A stretch of 64,000 nucleotides of DNA, taken from NCBI GenBank assembly GCA_028534125.1, contig CM052817.1:1738001-1802000 (forward strand). The letters are read 5' to 3'. The notes beneath the pieces were generated by a model. The model was given only the letters and a program-made list of their open reading frames with translations, had not been told where the DNA came from and ran no database searches. The translations under genes and the position numbers were made by a program. Below are positions 12,789 to 22,850 of the stretch, one piece after another (position 1 is the first letter of the stretch; each line of letters begins with the position of its first letter). Source of the DNA: Lama glama (Eukaryota).

Positions 12789-12983
12789 CTTCTGGAGGGC
12801 CCGCGCGCGCGACACCCCGGGCAGCCCCACGTCGTGGCGCGTCTTCCTGCCCAGGATCTGGAACTTCTGCCGGTTGACTTTCACCTCGAACGGGTTGGGG
12901 TTGGGCCGCGGCCGGCCGCCCCGCGCGCCCGCCGGGGCCCCAGGGGCTTTCCCGCGCGCCCCGGCGGACCTGGCCTTCCCCAT
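12789..12983 (-). CDS. NOP14: NOP14 nucleolar protein 14, coding exon 1 (195 nt)
   Basis: ATG in strong context (gtcaccATGg); MGKARSAGARGKAPGAPAGARGGRPRPNPNPFEVKVNRQKFQILGRKTRHDVGLPGVSRARALQK; donor GTAAGC; matches the NOP14 N-terminus (NPFEVKVNRQKF). Confidence 0.96.
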
Positions 12984-13088
12984 GGTGACAGTCGCCGCAC
13001 CTCAGGGCTTGGAGCAGGAGGCGGCGGCCGGAGAGCAGGCTCCCTCGGCAGACACGTGCGGCCCGGGAGCCTGGAGTGCGGGCCCCAG

Positions 13089-13098
13089 TCTCGCGAGG
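13089..13098. promoter_or_regulatory. TCTCGCGAGA-like (BANP/CGCG) CpG-island promoter element
   Basis: TCTCGCGAGG, one mismatch from the palindromic consensus. Confidence 0.45.
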
Positions 13099-13150
13099 AC
13101 GGAGCCGGTAGGAACGTCGGGTAAATACCGCCACGCCCGCCGTCTGAGCG

Positions 13151-13169
13151 ACTACGACTCCCGGCAGGC
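13151..13169 (+). promoter_or_regulatory. ZNF143/THAP11-type (SBS) motif
   Basis: ACTACGACTCCCGGCAGGC resembles ACTACAnnTCCCAGnATGC; related TCCCACAAGGC (minus, ~13204-13214) and TTCCCAGAAGG (minus, ~13270-13280) nearby. Confidence 0.6.
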
Positions 13170-13710
13170 TGCGCTCGCGCGACCCGCGCACTCCGCGCGC
13201 GGGGCCTTGTGGGAGCCCGCGCGGCGCCGTCCCCGCCTCAGGGCTCCGGAAGGGGAGCGCTCGCGCTCCCTCTTCTGGGAAGCCGTTGGTCGGAGCCCGC
13301 CGCTGAGAGAGCTGGTGGCGGCGGCGGCCGCGGCGCGCCTGCCAGCGAGCCCCTCCCCGGGCGATGGGGCCGACATCCTGGGCCACGGCGGGGCCGCGGT
13401 GACCGCGGGGACCGGAGGCGGCCGGGCCACCAGCGCCCCCCGGCCCGCCCGCTCCCCGGCTGGAGCCCCGGACCCCAAGGACGGGGCGTCCCCGGGCCAG
13501 AGCCGGCAGCGCCAGAGGCGGAGGCGGCGGCGGCGGCGCGGCTGGTGGCCGTGGGGGCGGCAGCGGCGGCGGCAGAAGCGGGAGGAGGTGGGGCGGCGCC
13601 GGGGCAGCTCTCCGGGACCCAGCGCGGAGCCCCCTGCGGCGTCCGGCGAGCGATGGGCAGAGCTGGCTCCCCCCGCCTCTCCGCCGCCCCCTGTCCGCGG
13701 AGCCGGGTCC

Positions 13711-13749
13711 CGGCGGCGGCGGCGGCGGCGGCGGCGGGGGCGGCGGCGG
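13711..13749 (+). repeat. (CGG)9 GGG (CGG)3 trinucleotide repeat in the GRK4 leader
   Basis: Read directly; ends 9 nt before the codon matching GRK4 Met1. Confidence 0.95.
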
Positions 13750-13758
13750 CATTGGTCT

Positions 13759-13810
13759 GTCGAGGTCGAGAACCGCTTGGCCAACTCGATGCTGCTGAAA
13801 GCGCGCCAAG
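13759..13810 (+). CDS. GRK4: GRK4 coding exon 1 (52 nt by homology; canonical ATG replaced by GTC, first in-frame ATG at 13789)
   Basis: VEVENRLANSMLLKARQ(G)|gtgggt aligns to MELENIVANSLLLKARQG; actual start codon uncertain. Confidence 0.8.
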
Positions 13811-16800
13811 GTGGGTGCACAGCGACGCTCCAACCCCGCCGCGGAGCCCCAATGCCCTGCGGGACCACGATCCTGCGAGGAACCTGGTCCCCTGCAGAAT
13901 CCCGACCCTGCGCGTTGTCGGCGCAGCCTCACTCTCGAGATTGGTCAGTCAGCGAATGGTCAGCTTGGGCCCCCCTGAAGCTTAAACTGCTCCGCCTCCT
14001 CCCCTGCACCCCTTTCAGCACTCCGGACTCGGTGAAGGTAGCCTGCTCTCTGCTCTCGCTGTCTGAACTTGCTCCGCCTCCTGCTCTCGCTGCAACGTCG
14101 GGTTGCTGTTGCTTCAGCACCAGGCGAGCAGGGACCTGTTCCCTGAGGGAGGAAGCCAGACCAGCGAGAGAAGCCAGCAAAAAAGAACCGTGCCTTTGGG
14201 GTCTTCAAAGGACAAAGGAGAGGATCCTGTAACTACCCTGGCGAGACCCTTTCTTTGGGGTTTTTAGTCTTTTTTTTTAATGTAGCTTCTTGGTTTTGAG
14301 GTTTAATGGTGTCTGAGACTTTATGGTGTGGGTTTTAGCCCGACTTAGGGATAGCTTAAACAAGTACTTGTTTACCCTAATAGCAATGTAAAAGCAGCAG
14401 TTGGCTCAGCCCTTCTGCTCGGAGACCCCAGGAGCAGAGTCCTCTGTCCCAGACGGAGTTTCCCCTGTCCTGCCTCCCAAGAGATCAGAGAGCTGGCAGC
14501 AGAGTCCACCCGTAGTCCTTCAAGCCCCTTCCCTCTTATGGAGTCGGTGTTGGAGCAGCCACTTGTCTTTGTGCTGGGAACAGAGTGATGCCAAAGGCTG
14601 CATATATAAGACAGTCTGGAAGTATTTTATGCTCCATCTCCCAGGGTTCGGGGTTCCATCCAGGGGGTAGATGTCAGCAAAGTGGTGCTCCTGCTGACTT
14701 GGGATGCTGTTGAGAAGCATCAATAAATTCCTCTGTGATCAGAACAGTGAGTAATGTTCTGTGAGAGAAACTGTCCTGGAACACAACTGTTCCAGATCTT
14801 TGGGCTTTGTTTTCTTTTTAAGCTTCCCCTCCTTCCCATTTGTGTCCTAAGGGCCTTTCAAGAGGAAAGGTCTTGATAGTACATGGTTTCTCAACACCCT
14901 GGGGACCCTGAATCGGAAACATTGTATGGGAAATTCTTGAAGTAACATTGAGTAGGACAGAGAATTAGCTGCTGAAGTTAGGGTTTGTAAATGGAAGGAT
15001 TCTGAGCCAAGAAGTAGTGAATTTTTATTTTGTACGGTGTTTCTTATATTAGGAGTTGAATATCGAGACCTCAGTGTTTTTGTGTGCTAATGTGAGTTAT
15101 TTTGAGTAGCAGAATGAGGATGGGTAGAAGGAACCAGGCCTCACTTGTCGGGTGAGGCCACGCGTGGCCCTCAGAGCAGTGTTTCAGTGGAGCGTTGTTT
15201 GTGTCTGGTGTCCCTCACTGTGAACTCCACACTGGTAGTGGAAGTGAATCATCCTGCGTGGGGTCAGGTCCTACTGAGGCTAAACCTGTCTTCTTTCCAC
15301 TCTGCTTTCGTACCTGCGTGTAATGTACAAAAAGGGACTATTGGACTGAACGGATTTTCCTATAATGCTGTAGAGCTTAGGTAATAAGGTGAATCTAAGT
15401 GTTCCGTAAGTGCTGAGGAGCATGAAACTGCCAGTTTCTGCCATAAAGCCTAGGACCATAGTGATAGTTTCACAAGAAAGCTTTAATTTTTGATCCCTGG
15501 AGTGTTACCTTGTGGTGGTGTAACTCTTACGAGGCCTACCCCAGTCAACAGAGGATCTCCACTCCTGTGTTGAAAGAGGTATTACGTCGGTGTGGTTAAT
15601 GCTTAGACAAGTTGAGTGTGAAGTATCAGAAAGGTGTGAGTACTAAACGCTGCCTGCTGGCTACAGTTGTGGGCTGTGTTCCTTTCCTTTAGAAGCTTAC
15701 GAGTCTTTCCCAGGAGCTGCCTTCTTGGACACACGTCTGTTCGCTGAGGCCAGCCCTCGGTTAGTTTCTCTGGCTCACGTGTTAGGACACTAACTTGCGA
15801 AGGGAGTCAACACAGCATGACAGTTACGTGTTGGCCCTGGGAATCGCAGTGGTGGTTTAACATTATGAGAGAGTCCAGTCATTTTCTAGATTTATTTCAT
15901 GTAAAATCGATCTCTTTCTCTTTTGGGTCTCAGACAGGTTTGTTAGAACCTTTTCTCCTTCTCAGGAGTGTTGGCACATGCCACCACATTGGAAAAGATT
16001 GTGTGTTAGTGTCTCTGGGCCCGGTGCCCTTTAAGGAAATATGACAGTCATATTAATAATGTAAAATGCATAAGTCACTGCTTTTTTTTTAAATTTAGGA
16101 TTTTCCTTCTGTGCAATACATTTGTTAAGCAATTTATGAACTTTAATTGCTTTAAATGATAAGCTGAAATTGTTTCACATCATGCATCTGAGGAGACTCT
16201 AGCTCCATTTTACCTCTTGGGGAAATTGACCACAGGAACACAGAGGAAGGAATATTGTGGTGGGTGCGTTGAATGTGGATTTGGGTCTTAAGTGTAGCAG
16301 TTCCGTTCTGATCTCTGGTTGTAGTGTTACCCAGCAGTCTGCTTAGCACGGAAACTCAATTAATGTACCGGTTACATGAATGCGCTCTCTTGCTGAGGGT
16401 TCCTCCCTGGCATTTTTGGTTGCAAGGAGTTTCTAGAAGTAGCATATAAACCTTTTGATTCCAGAGGTGTAATAGCCAATATTTTTGTTTCCTTCGTTGC
16501 ACTTCATGTGTCCTCACCCAAGAGATCCCTAGTGCATCCCTGTATAATTGAACGACTCCTGTGTTCCCTTGAACGTGTTCTTGTGTGCTTGTTATTCCAA
16601 CTTTTTTTGCAGTGGGCCTTCTTGCTCTTTTTCTTGTTTGGTTCTTTACACCTTTCAGGGTCCAGTTTCTCTGTATCCTCTTCTTTGTAGTCTTCTCTGA
16701 TCTTCCAGCTCAGAGGCACTGTCTGCCCTCTGGGAATCTGGGACTTGGGGTTCATAACACAGTGCAGTCAATAATTCTTCCTCAGGCTAAATTGTAATCT

Positions 16801-17049
16801 ATAAGGGCAGGGCATAGCTCTTGATCATTGGACACAGACCATGTCCCTGGACTCCGTCCTCGACAGATGAGAACAGAGCGCCCTCACCTTCCTTGCCATA
16901 TCCATCTTGTTACTTGTGCTTTCACACTGTCCATCCAGCCAAAGAGCCACAATCTCACGTCTAGAAAGCTGATTTCATGCCAGAAGCTAAAGAGAAAACA
17001 TCAACCCATTTCCACTAAAAGCAGTAAACAGAGGATGTCTTTCAACAGC

Positions 17050-17200
17050 TTTACGTGGTTGGTTAGAGCATGAACCGGGGCCAGACAGACCTGGGTTTGA
17101 ACCCTGATGCTCTCACTTACTAGCGATGTGACCTAGAGCAAGTCACTTCATTTCTCTTTCCTTCCACTGTCAAAAGGAGTAGTAAAGCCTGACCTTAGGG
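17050..17200 (+). mobile_element. MIR SINE
   Basis: ggttagagcatg...gccagacagacctgggtttgaaccctg...cacttactagcgatgtgacctagagcaagtcactt. Confidence 0.75.
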
Positions 17201-17825
17201 GTCCAGGGAGGATGCCACCAGTTTAACAGCTAAGTCAACCTCACAAAACAACACCCGAAAAAGAGATCTACACCACACAAACGCTCAGGCACAGGGTCCT
17301 GCCAGGAAGTGAGGCAGGTTAGTGCAGCTGCAAGGGCGGCAGCAGGGGCAGGGCTGCCGCGCGCACTTTGGACTAGGAATGCTCTTTCAAGATTCAGTAG
17401 AAACGGTTTTCCCTTCTGAAAGGAAAATGCACACGCCTGCCCTCACGACTGGTTCTGGGCGACCCTGCTGTCCCCGCTGGCAATGAACATAAATATTTGG
17501 AGAAGAACCACGGGTGGCGTTGTAGATACAATTAAACATTTTGATACTGATTTAATGAAAACAATGAAAATATTCATGCAAAACAAAATAAAAAGCACTT
17601 AGCATTTACAAGTAAATTACAGCAAGGCGGAAAATGGGAGATTTGTACAGGGTATGTTTTGTATCCAGATTATATAAAGAACGGCAGTAAATCTGTGAGA
17701 TCCTCTCCCCTCACGGCACAGAAGATGTGAACAAGCAGCTCGCAAAGAGGAAAGCTGAATCACCAGTCAGTGTGAGAAGACGTTCAGTCTCCCTGGTAAT
17801 TAGGAAAACACAAGTTACAGCAGTG

Positions 17826-17920
17826 CTGTGTGGACCTGTGTCCTCCCGAAGTGCGCATGTTGAAGCCCTCCCGATGTAACTCTGTTTGGAGATGGGGTCT
17901 TTAGGGTAGTAATTAAGGTA
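17826..17920 (+). mobile_element. MaLR LTR 5' fragment (MLT1-like)
   Basis: tgtgtcctcccgaagtgcgcatgttgaagccc...tttggagatggggtctttagggtagtaattaagg. Confidence 0.6.
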
Positions 17921-18329
17921 GTGGAAGTTTCTGAAAATAGAGGTGATTCGTTTTTCATCTGAGTTCAGAGACACCCTAATGTCTGCTGTGAATCCCAGAT
18001 TAGGAATCTCGTTCTCAAACAATAATATATTTTTAATGGCTGCAGACACACACGCACACGCACACACACACATACACGGATTGGAATAGTACACAATAAA
18101 TTCATGATTGTGGTGGGTGGTGTCTGATATCACAAAATAGAAATTATAAAAATAATTCTGGCATCCATGGTAGAAAACCCAAGCAACACACCCTGAATGT
18201 CCAGCAGAGTTTGCAGACCAGGAGCCCTCGGCCCCGTTCTCTGTCACAGTTTGCATTTGCCTTGGTGGGCCTGGTTATTGATAGAAAAGCAGCTGCTGTG
18301 ACAAAGCTGATGTCCCCGTGGGTCCAGGT

Positions 18330-18540
18330 TACGTAGGTTCCTGTCCCAGCTTCCCTGCTTACTGGCTGTAGCGCCTTGGGCAAAGTACTCCACACATCTG
18401 TGCCTTAGTTTCTACACCTGTAAAATCAGAATCATAGTGACAGCTTAGCAGCAGCACTCGGCGCATGGATTGATGGGGGGATTTAGTGAGAGCAGACTTC
18501 TGAAGCTTCTATAAAAGTGTCTGGCTTTCGGTAAATGCTG
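18330..18540 (+). mobile_element. MIR SINE
   Basis: cttactggctgtagcgccttgggcaaagtac...tctgtgccttagtttctacacctgtaaaat. Confidence 0.65.
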
Positions 18541-20924
18541 ACAAGGGCTGCTTGTTCCAGCCATCGCCATAGCCATTTCTGACATTTTGGGGGTTTTGGT
18601 TTACTCTTACTTGCGTTTCACAACATATACCTTAGTGTCTAACTGTGTTTACGGCAAATCTTTATTCTAAATGTTTTTACACTTCAAAAAAAAAAGGCAC
18701 TTTGGTTACGCTTCATGGCTTCTTAATAACAGTGCTGGTTGCACAGGATTCCCGGAGTTGGGCAGACCTGAGTGCATGTCTGGGTTCTACTCTCACCAGT
18801 GGTGTGACAGTAACAACTTATTTACTCTTAACTCGGGTCCCTTGTCTGAGTGAAGGGACTGGTAGCCATACTTACGTCTGGGGGTGGGGGTGATTGAATG
18901 CGTCAGTACGTGGGAAACACCTAGAAAGGTGCCAGGCACTAACAGACACGTGAGGAATCTTAGCTCTTACTCCTCCTCCTCCTCTCAGCCCTTGGTAGTC
19001 GTCTCGGCCTCTGACCCATCCCCCGTAGGCAGCGTCTCCGGTGTTTTCAGTCTACTCAGTGCTCGAACATCCCTTTGGGGTCTGGTGGGCAATGTGCTGC
19101 TCTTCCTGTATTGGGCACCTGGAAGTCCACTTAGTCATCCCCTCAAATGTTTGAGGTTGGAGATACACCGGGAATGGGACCATGAACCTAGAACCTGCCC
19201 TCATTGAGATTAATGAAGACGTTTTCAAGATGCAAAGGGCTGGAGCGCCTGCATCTCCTTAGGACAAGCAGGGTGGGCTTCATGGAGGTGGTCCCACCTG
19301 AGCCAAGTAGAGACTGGCCTAGATTACTAAGGCCAGAGCGTCAGTCCAGGCACTTGGGATTCCAGGAACCTGCTCTTGCTTCTTTGGCGCTCTTGTAAGT
19401 GGTGTGGTCTGGGCACAGTGTGCCTGTGGGATGGCGTCAGGCTGGGCTGCACTCTGCTCACTTCATCCCCAGACACCGGGACGCCTTTAGGGGCTGTAAA
19501 CAGTGGAGAGTGGAGCTTCGATTTGCGCTTTAAGAAGGTGACCCCACAAGGCAGCGTAGAAGAGGGCCTCACAGGGAAGAAGAGATTGGAAGGCCCGTTA
19601 GAAGGGCAGTCTGGGAGCTTGGTGCTCCTGATATGAAAGGACAGTAGGGCGGGCAAGGAGGAGAGGGGACAGGAGCACTTTTGAGGGAGGTCTGGCCACC
19701 TTGACTCTGCACGGTGTGCCCAGCGTCCGGACGGTGCCCTGCACGGGGGACTGCAGCAGCAAATGGTTCTAGAAGAATGACTGAGGCACTTCGATGATGT
19801 CCCAGTTTCCTGCTTCGTTTGCTTGGTAGATGGTGGCTGTTAGCAGGATTCTCCATACGGAAAGAGGGCTGGACTGGGGGGACAACGAGTCTAATTTGAA
19901 GCTGATGTTGAGGTGCTCTGGGACGTCTGGAGGGTGGGTACAAGTCCAGGGCTCACCATCTCCGTTGCAATGAGGGGAGTAGTGGAGCAAAACAGAAGGT
20001 TAAGGAAGACAGCCCTGCTCCTCCAACAACGTCTGTTTGGCGGCTACTGTCACATCTCTGTCTCTAGCCAGGCCTTCTCTCCTGAGCTCCTCTCAGCCCA
20101 CCCACCGTCCCCCTCCAGCTCAGCTCTTCATTACCCGTGACACATGACTTTCCCCCTGGTTTCTCTGCTCTTCCCAGTAGTCCTGGAGTCTCTTAGTCAC
20201 CAGCCAAAATTGTGGTGTTTTCTCTTGGATAAAATTCTGTAAAATTTCAGTTCCTCCGAATGCTTACAATGGAAGGTACTAAGTTCTCTTGAAATAAACT
20301 TTTTTAAAAGGACACTTGTTTAAAAACATCTTTCTAAAATACTATCCGATAGCTTTTTCCACCGCTCGTCTCGCTGGGGACACTCTTCTCCCACATCTTC
20401 CTGAGGCTCACATTGTCACATCCTAGGTCTCTGCTGAAGCATGGTCCTCCAGAGGGGCCTCCCCTGATCCCACCTTAGCCCAGGTGACACCCTCCACCTT
20501 TGCCTTGCTTTGTTTCATGCTGTTCATCACTAGATGATTGGCTAATTTTTCTCTTATCACGTACCATTAACTGATTTTGTGTCTCCCTCCCTCACTGTAA
20601 TGGTCCTTTTTACCGTTGTGTTTCCTGCACTTTGAAGTTGTTTGGTCCCTAGCACGTGCTTAATACGCATCGTTGAACAGTCTTCATCAGCAGCCCTGTG
20701 TGACATGTGCTGTTAGGTCTGGTGCACAGATTTGAACACAGGCCAGCAGAGCTACCCCTGAGGGTCCAGGTCGCACGATTTCTAAATGACACAGCCAGAG
20801 ACTGACTGTCCCGCATGGGGCTTTGATGCTTCACCAGGCTACCTTCCAGACCCCGGGTAGTAGGTTCTCAAACTACTCAAACAGTATGTTGGTGGAAGTA
20901 GTTATTAGAAATGGGTATTTCTGA

Positions 20925-21059
<135 letters not shown>

Positions 21060-21682
21060 TGAGCGCGCTGCCTGCTGTCGGGCCGCGGGCTCGATGTTTG
21101 TCTCTCTCGAGTGCCTTTTTGCTTCAAATATTATTTAATAAATTCTCCTTATCTTCACCGTTCTCACCGGGAAGAACCCTGTAGGGTTTCTAATGTGCAG
21201 TTATAAAGCATATAGCCACGGAACACAAGAGTGATATGATATAGCAAAAATTCTTCTCCCGTGACCCAGCCAGTCGTCCTCTCCAGAAGTGAGCACTGTT
21301 ACTAACCAGGTCTCAGCCCCTTCCAGACAGTTCTCTGTGCATGTGGACAGGAAGTACCGATGAGAACTTCAGAAAAGGGTTATTCAGGTAGAAACTAAGT
21401 CAATGTAATGGAATAGCCAGCAGCATAAAGAATGAGCATTAGGCACGGGTCCTGACTGGAGCAGCAGTCAGGTGGAGAACCGTGTCTGTAGGGTAGTCAT
21501 AACTGCCTTTTTTAAAAGAAATGATTTCCAGTTCAGAGGGCACGTGCGTTCAAAATTTGGATGTCCCCAAATTATCCTTTAAAAAGATTGTCACTTTACC
21601 CCAGCCCGTGACCTTGCTGACACTGGTTGTTATCAGTGTTTTTAATTTTACTAAGCTGTAATTTGGAAAATGGTCCCAGTTG

Positions 21683-21842
21683 TGGGAGGCTGTAGCTCAG
21701 GGGTAGAGCGCATGCTTAGCAGGCACGAGGTCCTGGGTCCAATCCCCAGTACCTCCATTTAAAAAATTAAACATTAAATTTATAAATAAATAAAACTAAT
21801 TGCCTTCCCCCTCAAAAAAAAGAAAAAAAAATTTTGAAAATA
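21683..21842 (+). mobile_element. tRNA-derived SINE (camelid Vic-1-like)
   Basis: A box tagctcaggggtagagc, B box ggtccaatccc, A-rich tail; target-site duplication aaaatggtc at 21667-21675 and 21843-21851. Confidence 0.85.
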
Positions 21843-22309
21843 AAAATGGTCTCTTGTTTTGATTATGGATGGCATTAAGCATTTTCATTGGGTTTTTTCA
21901 ATTTTGCTTTTTTCTAACTCATTTGTAGAAGTTCTTTATATGTGAAAGGCATTATCCTTTTATATTCAGTGTGACTTTATTTTGTATTTCTGCTTTTTGC
22001 CTTTTGAGTTACACTATTTGTTTAATATGGAAGATTTAACTTTTTATGTAGACAAATATATCAGTATTTTCTTCTCAGCCTCTGAACTTTGTGTTGTACT
22101 TAGGGAGGCTATCTTTACTCCAAGATAATTAAAAAAAATCAATCTGTCTTTTCTCTAGTACTATTATAGTTCCTTTTTGAGAAAGTTTAAATATTTTAAC
22201 TATCAAAATTAATTTCAGATAGTATAAAGTAGGAGTATTTCCCCCCAAAGACCTATCCATCTGTTTTAACATCACCAGATTTTTTCTCTCATTATGTTTT
22301 AAAAAGAGC

Positions 22310-22850
22310 ATTTTTATTGAGCTGTAATTAAGGTGTCATACAATTCACATATTTGAAGTGTACAGTTCAGTGGTTTTTAATATGTTCACAGAGTTGTGTG
22401 ACCATTACCACAACCAGTTTTACAACATTTTCATCACCCCGAAAAGAAACCCCATGCCCAGTGATAGTCACTCCACCTCTAGCCAAAGGCAGCCACCAAT
22501 CTACTTCTGTCCCCAAGTATTTGCCTATTCAGGACATTTCAAGTGCATGGGAATCACACACTGTGTGATCTTTTGTAACTGGCCTCTTTTCATTTAATAT
22601 AATGTTTTCAAAGTTCATGCATGCTGTAGCATTAAGCAGTACCTAATTCCTTTTTGTTGGCAAGTAATATTCCATTGTACAGATACGTCACATTTTATTT
22701 CTCCATCAGTTCACAGACATTGGCTGTTTTCATTTTTTGTCTGTTATGAATAATGCTGCTACAATTATTCATGTACACTTTTTTTTAATTGTTGTAAAAT
22801 ATACATAACAAAAATGACAATTCTAACCACTTTTAAGTGTGAAGTTCAGT
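22310..22850 (-). mobile_element. Old L1M 3' end fragment(s)
   Basis: tttttattgag...tttgaagtgtacagttcagtgg...cattttcatcacccc...tgaataatgctgct, typical antisense L1M 3' UTR. Confidence 0.8.

Larger units (their letters stand above)
12640..13960. promoter_or_regulatory. CpG island / bidirectional promoter shared by NOP14 and GRK4
   Basis: Very GC- and CpG-rich block spanning both first exons; 775 bp between the NOP14 ATG and GRK4 codon 1; no obvious TATA. Confidence 0.9.

Noticed and set aside
12388..13932. 514-aa minus-strand ORF and other long overlapping ORFs (13152-13868, 13238-13852, 13209-13985)
   Set aside because: Low-complexity Arg/Pro/Ala/Gly translations of the CpG island and CGG repeats; stop scarcity explains their length; no recognisable domain
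21683..21760. tRNA-like sequences here and at 31781 and 61132
   Set aside because: A/B boxes are followed by A-rich tails (with a clear TSD at this copy) and lack a proper cloverleaf; they are SINE heads, not tRNA genes
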